This document shows, in pieces, positions 18,421 to 27,467 of a stretch of DNA of 61,677 bases. A program made the position numbers and the translations under genes. Within the stretch, counting starts at the first letter, position 1. Every line of letters starts with the position of its first letter. This DNA comes from a virus. Taxonomy: Duplodnaviria > Caudoviricetes. The stretch spans positions 1 through 61,677 of the IMG/VR virus record IMGVR_UViG_3300038327_000229; one strand, 5' to 3'. The notes under the pieces were generated by a model. The model had not been told where the DNA came from, did no database searches, and saw only the letters and a list, made by a program, of their open reading frames with translations.

Positions 18421-18756
18421 GTGGCTAATAATGGAGAATCAGGGGCCAGAGCTTTCGGTAGCCTGGCTGCCGTAATAGCTTTAATCGGAGGTATGTGGGG
18501 GCTGCTTAACCAGCAGGAGTTAAGTCTACAGAGACAGATTGCTCCAATAAGGATTAACCAGGAAATTATGTTAAATGATTTACAAAAACTTGAAGAAAGA
18601 CTTCAAAATCATGTAAATGATGGACATCCTGAGGCCTTGGAGTTGTTGCTAAAGGGTGATATAAAGAATATACAAAAAGAGATAGATAACATGAGAGTTT
18701 CGCTCAATGAATTAGGCAGAAAGTTGTCTTCTCTGGAAGTAAGAAAGTCTCAGTAA
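18421..18756 (+). CDS. N-terminal TM + coiled-coil protein (i-spanin candidate)
   Basis: AFGSLAAVIALIGGMWGLL followed by heptad repeats; SD aggag. Confidence 0.5.
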   Translation: MANNGESGARAFGSLAAVIALIGGMWGLLNQQELSLQRQIAPIRINQEIMLNDLQKLEERLQNHVNDGHPEALELLLKGDIKNIQKEIDNMRVSLNELGRKLSSLEVRKSQ

Positions 18757-18884
18757 TGATGTTTCTATCTATACTAGGATTAAGTATAATCTGCTTAATA
18801 GGGTGCAATAATCCTAGAGTGATAATGAACCATTGGGTACATTGGATTTATCCACAGTACGAGCCTTACGAGGAGGAAGAATGA
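18756..18884 (+). CDS. 42-aa lipoprotein missing from the ORF track (o-spanin candidate)
   Basis: MMFLSILGLSIICLIGC-NNPRVIMNHWVHWIYPQYEPYEEEE*; lipobox LIGC; overlaps the upstream stop (TAATG) and the downstream start (ATGA). Confidence 0.6.
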   Translation: MMFLSILGLSIICLIGCNNPRVIMNHWVHWIYPQYEPYEEEE

Positions 18885-19186
18885 AAATAGTTAGTATCTC
18901 TTTGTTATGTTTAGCAATATCCGGTTGTGCAATTTTTGGCCAGCCAGCATCGGAACTTGAAACAGATGCGTTTGTTAGGCCGCTAGATATCGTTGGCGAG
19001 GGAACAGACGCTGTAGTAGTCGAAACCGGAGAACTGGCAAGTGCTGAAAAAATAGCCCCACTGGCTGCACCATTTCTCGCTCAGTGGGGTACTCTAGTTG
19101 TTGGGGTGGTAGGCATTTTAGCAGGCTGGTATACTAGAAAAAGAAAAGAAGAGCTCGAGATCTCTTTGAAGGGGACTAATCTATGA
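18881..19186 (+). CDS. Lipoprotein with C-terminal TM helix (unimolecular-spanin-like topology)
   Basis: True start is ATG 18881 after SD aggagg; MKIVSISLLCLAISGC lipobox; C-terminal WGTLVVGVVGILAGWY then TRKRK. Confidence 0.55.
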   Translation: MKIVSISLLCLAISGCAIFGQPASELETDAFVRPLDIVGEGTDAVVVETGELASAEKIAPLAAPFLAQWGTLVVGVVGILAGWYTRKRKEELEISLKGTNL

Positions 19187-19392
19187 AATTTTTAACTTCG
19201 TTGCTTCCGTTTAGTGGAGCAGAATCTAAGAAATCGCAGGCCTTTGTATTGGCCGCGATCCTTATCGTAACAGGCAAGCTTTTTGGTTTATCGGAAGAAG
19301 CTATGAAAGATACATTGTATCTTACAATTGCTTACCTCGGAGGCCAAGGCTTAGCAGACTTCGGCAAAGAAGCAAAAAAGGAGTCTAAGTAA
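19183..19392 (+). CDS. Small two-TM holin-like protein
   Basis: 69 aa; SKKSQAFVLAAILIVTG and LYLTIAYLGGQGLADFGKE; charged C-terminus. Confidence 0.6.
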   Translation: MKFLTSLLPFSGAESKKSQAFVLAAILIVTGKLFGLSEEAMKDTLYLTIAYLGGQGLADFGKEAKKESK

Positions 19393-19862
19393 TGGCAACT
19401 ACTGGAGCAAAAACTGCTGAATTTGAAAGAATACTTCTAAATTATTTGTTTGATGATGGTGCTGCGCCGATGGCTGGCACAGAGAATACTGATCTTTACA
19501 TTGGGCTAGTTACAGGCGATCCTGCTGTAAATGATAACGCGGCATCAGCCTGGCATAGCACCCATGAAGTTGCTGCCTCGGCTGGTTATAGTAGAGTACG
19601 ACTTACTGCTGCTTCTATGAATGCTGCGTCCACTGCGGCCGGCGATCCCTTTGCAACAACTATTGATAACGTCAATGAGATTAATTTTGGCACGTCTACT
19701 GTTGCATCATGGGGTGATGTAACTGGATTTATCATTGCTACCAGTAGTGTAATAGCTGAAACTGGTACATACTACTATGGTATTTTTGATACTCCAAAGA
19801 GCGTGGCAGATGGAGATTCAGTTAGGATAACGGCTGGTAACCTATCAATAGAAGAGCGTTAA
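19392..19862 (+). CDS. Phage structural protein (fibre/collar-associated type)
   Basis: Pattern LYIGLVTGDP..EVAASAGYSR..INFGT..WGDVTGF..KSVADGDSVRITAGNLSI, recognised from proteins that precede phage fibre genes. Confidence 0.6.
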   Translation: MATTGAKTAEFERILLNYLFDDGAAPMAGTENTDLYIGLVTGDPAVNDNAASAWHSTHEVAASAGYSRVRLTAASMNAASTAAGDPFATTIDNVNEINFGTSTVASWGDVTGFIIATSSVIAETGTYYYGIFDTPKSVADGDSVRITAGNLSIEER

Positions 19863-19881
19863 TAACTAGTTTAGGTTAATC

Positions 19882-20205
19882 GTGGCAATAATGACCTTTG
19901 TGGCGGATCCTACTGGGTCGAATGATCCAGTAACTGATCCGCCGCTTTCTTTACCAGCGTCGGTGGTTACTTCGGTGCTTGATGGTATGTCCATTAGCAG
20001 TATCAGAGTATCCAGAGTTGGGGGTACAGACTCCACGATAATGATACAGAAGAATAAGGTAGATATGTACGCCACCGCGATAGACATAACTACTTCAGTA
20101 GTAGACCATTCTGTTGATCTGGATTTTGCTACTGGGGGAATTATGGATATAGTCATAAGTAGTTCTGATCAGGCGGGAATAATAGATATAGAATTAACCT
20201 ACTGA
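19882..20205 (+). CDS. Hypothetical structural protein
   Basis: 107-aa beta-rich ORF coupled to the next gene by TGATG. Confidence 0.5.
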   Translation: MAIMTFVADPTGSNDPVTDPPLSLPASVVTSVLDGMSISSIRVSRVGGTDSTIMIQKNKVDMYATAIDITTSVVDHSVDLDFATGGIMDIVISSSDQAGIIDIELTY

Positions 20206-20858
20206 TGGCTATTATAGCCCATGTCCAGTCTGGTTCTACTTCAGGCAGCGGGACTACTTCTATAACAGCAACCCTGGCCTCCTCTCCTACTAAAGGTAAC
20301 TTACTAGTCCTGGGGCTCATGGGTAGACTAGGTTCTAGCGAGGATCCATCAAGTACATCTAACGGATCGTGGACAGAGATAGCAACTGTATCGAACGGAT
20401 CAGATGCTAGATCTGTGCTGTGGTATAAAGTTGCCGATGGTACTGAATCTACATCATTCACGGTTACTTTTGGTGACAGACAACAATATAATGTATTTGT
20501 GTCGGAATTTTCTGGGACTAGATCTAGGTTAGTTGCGGATAAGGCTAGTTCAAGTAGCAGTAGCAGCTCGGGTGAGACAATTACTTTTCCATCTATCTCT
20601 CCTGAGCTTTCTGGAAGACTAATAGTATTAGCCGCCTGTCATACTAATGACCCTGACTGGACTACCCCAAGTGGGTATACTCAGTTGACTACAGTAGGAA
20701 ATGCATGTTCCCTGTGGGCTGGGTATAAGATCACTTCCGGCAAAGGGTCGCATAGTGGTTCAGGATCAGTGGATAGAGATGATGAAGAATGGTCTTCTAT
20801 CACGGCATCCTTTTTTGATTGGCAAGGCACAAGATGTAGAGTTAGGAGAATGGGATGA
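20205..20858 (+). CDS. Ser/Thr-rich beta-sandwich virion protein
   Basis: Two internal repeats (PTKGNLLVLGL..WTEI..LWYKVA; LSGRLIVLAA..PSGYTQL..WAGYKI). Confidence 0.55.
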   Translation: MAIIAHVQSGSTSGSGTTSITATLASSPTKGNLLVLGLMGRLGSSEDPSSTSNGSWTEIATVSNGSDARSVLWYKVADGTESTSFTVTFGDRQQYNVFVSEFSGTRSRLVADKASSSSSSSSGETITFPSISPELSGRLIVLAACHTNDPDWTTPSGYTQLTTVGNACSLWAGYKITSGKGSHSGSGSVDRDDEEWSSITASFFDWQGTRCRVRRMG

Positions 20859-21442
20859 ATCCTATTCAGAGAAAATATGGTGAAGCTACCACGGTATACT
20901 TTCCTATATATACCGCAGCAGGAGATGAGTTATATGGAGTATCAACCATTCCGACTGGGGATATAAGTATCTCAATGGATGGAGATACTGAAGACGCGTC
21001 TAATGCAGGTGGTCTAACCGTAGTTAAATGGAGCAATAGCCTAATTGGAATGTACAAGATGGCATTGCCTGCTACTGAAATGACGGGATCTCATATAGCG
21101 ATAAGAATAGAAGACAAGACCAGCCCAAAAGTATACTTAGATACTGTTGTATCAATAGAAACCTATGGCCACGCCAACGCCCAACACCAGATGGATATGG
21201 ACTTCCCAACTCTTGCAAAGAGTTTTACTACGACTGCTGCAGGGACTTTAACTACTCTTGTTTGTAGTGATCTAGGTTCTACGAATAGTACATGGGTCGA
21301 TAGAACAGTCCTATTCCATGGCGGAAATCTAGATGGAAGAATTGCTTTCATAGAAGCCTACGATACAGGAGTGGCAAATACGTTAACAATAAGCCAGATA
21401 CATACTGCTTCTCTTAGCGGGCAAGCATTCTACATATTATAG
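20855..21442 (+). CDS. Virion structural protein
   Basis: 195-aa ORF with ATGA overlap; its C-terminal module resembles part of the 57498 fibre protein. Confidence 0.5.
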   Translation: MNPIQRKYGEATTVYFPIYTAAGDELYGVSTIPTGDISISMDGDTEDASNAGGLTVVKWSNSLIGMYKMALPATEMTGSHIAIRIEDKTSPKVYLDTVVSIETYGHANAQHQMDMDFPTLAKSFTTTAAGTLTTLVCSDLGSTNSTWVDRTVLFHGGNLDGRIAFIEAYDTGVANTLTISQIHTASLSGQAFYIL

Positions 21443-21451
21443 GAGAGCACT

Positions 21452-22078
21452 ATGGCCAGAAGAGTATTAACCTCTATCTCTGTCATGGGAACTCCTAACT
21501 CTCATATAGGTATGCCCAGAAATAATGGTGCATATCTGTCTTCTGAAGTACCTGTGAGTAGTGAGAGTATCGTTTTATCTAGTGGGATAACCCTTCCTTT
21601 TACTGGATATTTTTCGCCGCAACCTGTCTCTTACTTTGAGGATACGTTTTATAGAATATTTAATTCTGATAGCGGCATAGACAGCTCATTAGATATCGAT
21701 GGATATGTCGAGTGGACAGCCAGTGTTGCTCCCACTGGACAGGATCTAGAGGATGATGATTCTGTTACTGGAGCTGTATGGTCCAGTGCCTATATTCAGG
21801 GTAATCAAGAGGATGTGATTCAGGAGGGTTTGGACGGGGGAATAACTATATTTGATATAAAAGATACGATTCTGCAGTCGCAGGGTGCAACTATGACTAG
21901 ACTAAGATTAATTGTTACTAAAGAATCTACTATCACTAGTTCAGTACAGATCACATGTGAATTCTGGGCTAGTGCTAATAGCGTAGCATCGGTATCTAAT
22001 CCTTATAGCAATGGCTCCGCTATTAATATAAGAAAAAATGCTAGAAGAAAAGATACCAAGACTGACAGGAAGATATAA
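21452..22078 (+). CDS. Hypothetical structural protein
   Basis: 208 aa; SD aggag; basic C-terminal tail. Confidence 0.5.
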   Translation: MARRVLTSISVMGTPNSHIGMPRNNGAYLSSEVPVSSESIVLSSGITLPFTGYFSPQPVSYFEDTFYRIFNSDSGIDSSLDIDGYVEWTASVAPTGQDLEDDDSVTGAVWSSAYIQGNQEDVIQEGLDGGITIFDIKDTILQSQGATMTRLRLIVTKESTITSSVQITCEFWASANSVASVSNPYSNGSAINIRKNARRKDTKTDRKI

Positions 22079-23604
22079 TGCCTACAGGCTCATATGATCC
22101 ATATCATCTCGGAGACACGGGGCATACTACCGCAACTCGGGGTGCAGGTGCGTATCTTGGCTGGTGGCTAGAGAGTCACCAGGCTCATGGGCTATTCCCT
22201 CAAACGCAGTCAGAGTTAGACGGTATGTGGGCTAGCAAAATCGGTGTTACATGTATAGAAACATTTTTTTATATTTCACGTTTTGATAATTCAGGTACGA
22301 ATTACCAGTTTGCTGTAGATATAAGGCAACAGTCGAATTCTAAAATCTGCGGATATCAGTTACGGCTAAGAAATAACAACGCACTAAGGATAAGATTTGG
22401 ATATGTTCGGGGAAATACTGGCACTAACGGCTGGTCCGGTAATGTAGCCCTGGAGACAGCCGACGTAAATAACTGGATGAGTCCAGATGAGTGGTATCAC
22501 TCTGTTCTTAGGTACAACAGTACAGATAGTCAGTGGGAATGGCTAGTCGGCAGATTGGGTAAAAATTCTGATGGAACTGATGCAGGTGGAACAGTAGATA
22601 GTCTTAATGGTACTTTTTGGGGTCCACAGGAGGGTGATACTACTCATACGCCTGGTAAGTATTTTAGAATGATCAGGGGTGAAACTGATCCAGCGAATGG
22701 GCCAATCTTGGTATTTATACACAGACAGCTAGATAATAATGATAATTCTATGTTAGGTACTTCAGGTCTTGCTGGATTCTTCGGTACGCAACAGAATAAT
22801 AGCCCTTCTAGCAAACTAAATAGGAGTTGGCCTGGCGGACACTGCGAGCATAGATTTTGGAAGTCAGATATGGCTTCTGTTATAAACTACGGAAAGTTAG
22901 AGAGTCTTAAGACTGTACCTGTCGATGGAGATCAACATGCTGACTTAGTTCATTGTTTCAGATTGAATGAGACTGGCGCCAGTCTCTCAGTAGCCGACTA
23001 CGAAGATGTAGGAGTGCTTAATGGAACCTTTGAATCCGCTGTTTCTAATATAAGTAGTACCTCTCCTGATTCAGGTTATCCATATGATATAGTAGGCCAG
23101 GGTCCTTCAGGCCCAACAGATCATAAAGTCAGTGCGACTATAGCCGGCCAATCAACTATATATGATTTCTACGGTAGACCATTTGGTGTGGATGGTGATG
23201 GGAATACTGTGTATAGAGAAAAGTTATTTATTGCTGAGAGAAGTATAAATTCGCAGTTAGATGTGAATGGAGACCTTGATCAACTTCAGGCTGATGGTTT
23301 AAGAATAGCAGTAACAGACTATTATAACGGTAAAACTTATCTTTTACCCGGATTAGCAACTATAAATGAGGACACTGAGGATGGCTCAGACTTCTATCTC
23401 TCATTGAGTGGAACTTTTATATGTAACTCAGGTCAAGATGTAGTTTTCTCGAATTACTATCTAGTTGAAAATGATCCGTTATATGAGGTAGACCCGGCTA
23501 ATAATTTACCTAGTGTGAGTTACTACCTATCTACTAATCAGGGACCAAGCCACTATGTCGGATCTGAGACTGGGAATATTTTTGTTGGAGTTACTCTAGA
23601 CTAA
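22078..23604 (+). CDS. Protein with LamG/concanavalin-A-like domain (putative fibre/adhesin)
   Basis: DEWYHSVLRYNS, WPGGHCEHRFWK and DLVHCFRLNETG follow the LamG-type pattern common in phage fibres. Confidence 0.5.
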   Translation: MPTGSYDPYHLGDTGHTTATRGAGAYLGWWLESHQAHGLFPQTQSELDGMWASKIGVTCIETFFYISRFDNSGTNYQFAVDIRQQSNSKICGYQLRLRNNNALRIRFGYVRGNTGTNGWSGNVALETADVNNWMSPDEWYHSVLRYNSTDSQWEWLVGRLGKNSDGTDAGGTVDSLNGTFWGPQEGDTTHTPGKYFRMIRGETDPANGPILVFIHRQLDNNDNSMLGTSGLAGFFGTQQNNSPSSKLNRSWPGGHCEHRFWKSDMASVINYGKLESLKTVPVDGDQHADLVHCFRLNETGASLSVADYEDVGVLNGTFESAVSNISSTSPDSGYPYDIVGQGPSGPTDHKVSATIAGQSTIYDFYGRPFGVDGDGNTVYREKLFIAERSINSQLDVNGDLDQLQADGLRIAVTDYYNGKTYLLPGLATINEDTEDGSDFYLSLSGTFICNSGQDVVFSNYYLVENDPLYEVDPANNLPSVSYYLSTNQGPSHYVGSETGNIFVGVTLD

Positions 23605-23616
23605 AAGGGGAGTTAA

Positions 23617-26600
23617 GTGGCCAGCGAGATAGGTACAGTACTAGCCACCGGGGCCGTGCTCGGTTCAATGACTACTATATCTCCGCAAGGTGTTGGCCCA
23701 GGTTCTACAGCTACTCAAGCCACTTTTATATATACTGGCTCAGATGATTTTATCCTATTTACACATATACAAGACGAAGGGGAAAGATTACGTCCTGGTG
23801 ATGGTAATCATAGGCTTCAATGGCGTAACGCTGATGGTGGCACTTACGCAACAGTCGATGCAACTGCTGGCGATGAAATACATCTAGTTAATGTAGATGC
23901 ACTTACAAACGCAGGCACAGTTAGTGATGGCAATAGGGCTACTACAGCAGCTGGAGGTGGTGGCACTTATGTAGCAGGGCTTAGACAATTTGATACTGAG
24001 GGAACTCAAGATGTAGCTGCAGAGATCAGAAATACTCATTCCGAGGGTGCTTGGTCTATAGGCATAGACCAAGCGGTAGAGGGTAGAACTTATCAATTCA
24101 GAGTTACTGCAGAAGGTAAGAATGGCAATTGGAACGTAGGCCCATTAGCTATACAATTCCAGATGGCAGCCTCTGCTCCTGCTGGTGTCAACCATCTTGC
24201 TACAGGCACTATCATTGGTGTAGCTGACAGCCAGGGAGTCATTAGTGTTCTTACAGATGTAAGAGGATCGGTAGTTTCCGATAGTGTTATATCCAGTAAT
24301 GCTGGAGTAGTTACAGATGTAATAGGGGCGATTCAGTCAGATGCGGTTGCCTCCAGCGATGTTCAGGTTGCCAGACAGCTAGCTGCTTCCATAGTCACTG
24401 AAGGTATTGCTGCAAGCAATATATCTGTTGTTACAGATCTAAGAGCTTCAATTTCTCTGCCGGCGGTTACAGAAAGCAGCATCTCGGTTATCACCGATCT
24501 CGCTGCTTCAATCTCTGCTACAGGTGTTACCACTAGTAGCCTTAGCGTGGTTACCGATCTTGTCGCAACCACGACCTCCACGAGCGTTACGACCAGCACC
24601 CTCAGTGTGGTTACCGACCTTGTTGCAACCACTACCTCTACTAGCGTCACCACCAGCGCACTCAGTGTGGTCACTGACCTCGTTGCAACCACAACTTCCA
24701 CCAGCGTTACCACTAGCGCACTCAGCGTGGTTACCGATCTCAGAGGCTCGATAGTCACTGAGGGAACCACAGTGAGTGCCACACTGGTAGACACAACTCT
24801 TGTTGCAACCACAACTTCTACCTCTGTCACCACCAGTGCGCTCAGCGTAGTCACCGACCTTCGAGGCTCCATCGTAACTGAGGGAACCACGGTAAGTGCC
24901 ACACTGGTAGTCACTGATCTTATTGCGTCTATTAGTTCTACCTCTGTTGCTGAAAGTAGTATTAGTGTTGTTACTGATCTTGCAGCTGAGCTTATCAGTA
25001 GGACAATAATTTCATCTAACTTCACTAAAGCTATGGACAGGCAACTTACTGGATCTACTATCGGATCTGTGAGTATATCTTCTGCGATAGAAGTTATAAC
25101 ATATGTTGCTGCAACGACAACTTCTACTAGCGTTACCACCAGTGCACTCAGCGTGGTCACCGATCTTAGAGGCTCTATAATTACAGAGGGAACCACAGTA
25201 AGCGCCACATTGGTGGACACGGCCCTCACTGCAACCGTAACCTCTACCTCTGTTACCACTAGCGCACTCAGTGTGGTCACTGACCCCGTTGCGACCACAA
25301 CCTCCACCTCTGTTACCACCAGCGCACTCAGCGTGGTTACCGACCTCAGAGGCTCCATAATCACAGAGGGCACCACAGTGAGTGCCACACTGGTAGACAC
25401 AACTCTTGTCGCAGCTGTTAGTTCTACCAGCGTTACCGCTAGTGCACTCAGCGTGGTCACAGCTCTTACTGCAACTACAACCTCTACCGCTGTTACTACC
25501 AGTGCCCTTAGTGTAGTTACCGACCTGGCTGCCACTGCTTCTGGAGAAGCTACTGCTACTGGCAGCGCTGTTGCCTCCTACTCTTCTGTTGGAGTATCTG
25601 TAGGTACAGCTGTTGCTACATCCATGCTAACTATGGATTACAGCTGTGTAGCTGAGTCTGTAGGAATATGTAATATTTCAGCAGCACTAACAGAATCAGG
25701 AGTAGCAGAGTTTTCTGGATCCGCCATAGGAACTACAGTTACTCAGCTGGCTACAGTCGTAGATTATGTTGTAGTTGCTGATATTACAGGACTGACAGTT
25801 GCTACTTCTGCTGTAACAGCAGATGCTTTCGTCGTTGCCAGTACTATCGGATCTTCTAGTTCTAGCAGTAGTATAAGCGTGGTTACCGACCTCAGAGGTT
25901 CGATAATCACAGAGGGAACCACAGTAAGCGCCACATTAGTGGACACAACTCTTGTCGCATCTGTTAGCTCTACTAGCGTTACCACCAGCGCTCTCAGTGT
26001 GGTCACCGACCTGAGGGGCTCCATAGTCACAGAGGGAACTGCGATAAGTGCCACACTCGTGGATACGGCTCTCACTGCGACTGTTACTTCGACTAGCGTT
26101 GTTACAGGTGTGCTCAACCTCGTCGCTGACTTGAGTGCATCTTCTTCAGGTTTGGCAGTAGTTTCAGCAGCATTACCTACTTCTGAAAGTGTAGGGTCTA
26201 TCAGAGGTACTGCAGTATCTGTTGGTAGCGTTAGCGTTACATACGCTATTGCTGCTTCAATAGTAAGTGTAGCTGTTTCTACTAGTTCTACTAGCGTAGC
26301 GACTTATGTTTCCGGATCTATCTCGAGTGAGTCAGTAGCTACTTCAGAACAGCAGCTAGGTGTAGGATTAGAATTAGCTGTATCAAGTGAGACTGTAGTC
26401 GAGGCCGACACACTCCTGGTTCACGGTGTATCTGCAGCTGCAACGGGAAGTGCAATTAGCACTGCTACTATTTCTACTGTATCAAGTGTTTCCGGAACTG
26501 CTGTTGGAGAATGTACTGTTTCTTCAAGCATGTCTATAGCAGGAGACAAGGTTCTATCTGCAGAGACTGTAGGCTCTAGTGTAACTTCGGCTTCTCTATC

Positions 26601-26997
26601 GCTCAGTAGTGATCTATCTGGACAGATTTCTGGGGAAACTATAACCATAGCTGGGGCAGAGAAAGTTATACTCTTATCTGGATCGGTTTCTTCGGAAGGA
26701 GTTACTTCTGCCAGACTGATAGTTCCCATTGTTGGCAATGTAGTGTCTAGTGCGCTATCCAGCGCAGCAATCTCTCTGGACTTTACTGAAAGCGCTCGTA
26801 TCTTCCTGGATTCTGTTATCAGTTCAAGTCTGGATGTAACGGTTAGGCTGGTTCCTGCACTAAAAGACAGCGTATCCCAAGGTGTTATATCCGACAAAGA
26901 TCCCAGAATATCGGCAACCGACACACAGATATCTAGACCAGCATCTGATAAAATAAGTGGTACGCATGCTAGCGATAATCTATGGGGAGATGGATAA
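23617..26997 (+). CDS. Long Thr/Ser/Val/Ala-rich 20-aa-repeat fibre protein
   Basis: 1126 aa; globular N-domain of ~190 aa, then 20-aa periodic units such as DLVATTTSTSVTTSALSVVT and DLRGSIVTEGTTVSATLVDT. Confidence 0.75.
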   Translation: MASEIGTVLATGAVLGSMTTISPQGVGPGSTATQATFIYTGSDDFILFTHIQDEGERLRPGDGNHRLQWRNADGGTYATVDATAGDEIHLVNVDALTNAGTVSDGNRATTAAGGGGTYVAGLRQFDTEGTQDVAAEIRNTHSEGAWSIGIDQAVEGRTYQFRVTAEGKNGNWNVGPLAIQFQMAASAPAGVNHLATGTIIGVADSQGVISVLTDVRGSVVSDSVISSNAGVVTDVIGAIQSDAVASSDVQVARQLAASIVTEGIAASNISVVTDLRASISLPAVTESSISVITDLAASISATGVTTSSLSVVTDLVATTTSTSVTTSTLSVVTDLVATTTSTSVTTSALSVVTDLVATTTSTSVTTSALSVVTDLRGSIVTEGTTVSATLVDTTLVATTTSTSVTTSALSVVTDLRGSIVTEGTTVSATLVVTDLIASISSTSVAESSISVVTDLAAELISRTIISSNFTKAMDRQLTGSTIGSVSISSAIEVITYVAATTTSTSVTTSALSVVTDLRGSIITEGTTVSATLVDTALTATVTSTSVTTSALSVVTDPVATTTSTSVTTSALSVVTDLRGSIITEGTTVSATLVDTTLVAAVSSTSVTASALSVVTALTATTTSTAVTTSALSVVTDLAATASGEATATGSAVASYSSVGVSVGTAVATSMLTMDYSCVAESVGICNISAALTESGVAEFSGSAIGTTVTQLATVVDYVVVADITGLTVATSAVTADAFVVASTIGSSSSSSSISVVTDLRGSIITEGTTVSATLVDTTLVASVSSTSVTTSALSVVTDLRGSIVTEGTAISATLVDTALTATVTSTSVVTGVLNLVADLSASSSGLAVVSAALPTSESVGSIRGTAVSVGSVSVTYAIAASIVSVAVSTSSTSVATYVSGSISSESVATSEQQLGVGLELAVSSETVVEADTLLVHGVSAAATGSAISTATISTVSSVSGTAVGECTVSSSMSIAGDKVLSAETVGSSVTSASLSLSSDLSGQISGETITIAGAEKVILLSGSVSSEGVTSARLIVPIVGNVVSSALSSAAISLDFTESARIFLDSVISSSLDVTVRLVPALKDSVSQGVISDKDPRISATDTQISRPASDKISGTHASDNLWGDG
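24420..26120 (+). repeat. Degenerate 60-bp in-frame tandem repeats of two unit types
   Basis: Lines at 24541, 24601, 24661 and 24721 start with nearly identical ct(t/c)ag(c/t)gtgg..ac(c/t)ga(t/c)ct; copies recur at ~25110-25530 and ~25880-26110. Confidence 0.9.
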
Positions 26998-26999
26998 TC

Positions 27000-27467
27000 A
27001 TGACTCAAATGAGATTAGAGTTTGAGAAGTTTGTAAAAGAGAATGGGTACTGGATCGCGCTTAGAAAAGTGCTGCTTAGTCCTAGCTCTCCCAACGTAGA
27101 TAGTCCCACTGGTGAAGGCTTGACTGCTGCACCAGATACGACCACGTCTGGACATACATATACAGATCACATTACTAAGGCCAGGAAGAGTCCTGTAGGA
27201 ATGTCAGGTGGATCTGATGAGCTAGGAACTCCAATAGGATTAATAACTGTACCCAAGTATATCTTTTATCTTAGGTATAGTATGAATCCGAGGGAGCTAG
27301 ATTGGATAGTGGAACTAGCTATAGACGAAGCTACATTAGAGCCGATAAAGCCCTTCAAGATAACTAAGTACTACGACATACAGGATGTGAGCGAGCAGCG
27401 TGGAATTAATGGTAAAATAATATACTACAGGTGTTTATGTGAAGAGAGTGTGTGGAATGTCAATTAG
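27000..27467 (+). CDS. Head-closure/neck protein (putative)
   Basis: Likely start ATG 27000 after ggaga; KYIFYLRYSMNPRELDWIVEL and RGINGKIIYYRCLCEE; upstream of the tail-completion and sheath genes. Confidence 0.5.
   Translation: MTQMRLEFEKFVKENGYWIALRKVLLSPSSPNVDSPTGEGLTAAPDTTTSGHTYTDHITKARKSPVGMSGGSDELGTPIGLITVPKYIFYLRYSMNPRELDWIVELAIDEATLEPIKPFKITKYYDIQDVSEQRGINGKIIYYRCLCEESVWNVN

Noticed and set aside
18833-18880. Track start of the 117-aa ORF at TTG 18833
   Set aside because: ATG 18881 has a strong SD and begins a clean lipoprotein signal; the upstream bases belong to the 42-aa lipoprotein in another frame.
24363-25535. 390-aa minus-strand ORF
   Set aside because: Antisense shadow of the Thr/Ser/Val repeat gene, whose codons rarely give stops on the opposite strand.
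24420-26120. 60-bp repeats as a CRISPR array or DGR template/variable repeats
   Set aside because: Repeats are contiguous, in-frame and differ mostly at synonymous sites; no unique spacers, no adenine-specific pattern seen and no reverse transcriptase in the window.
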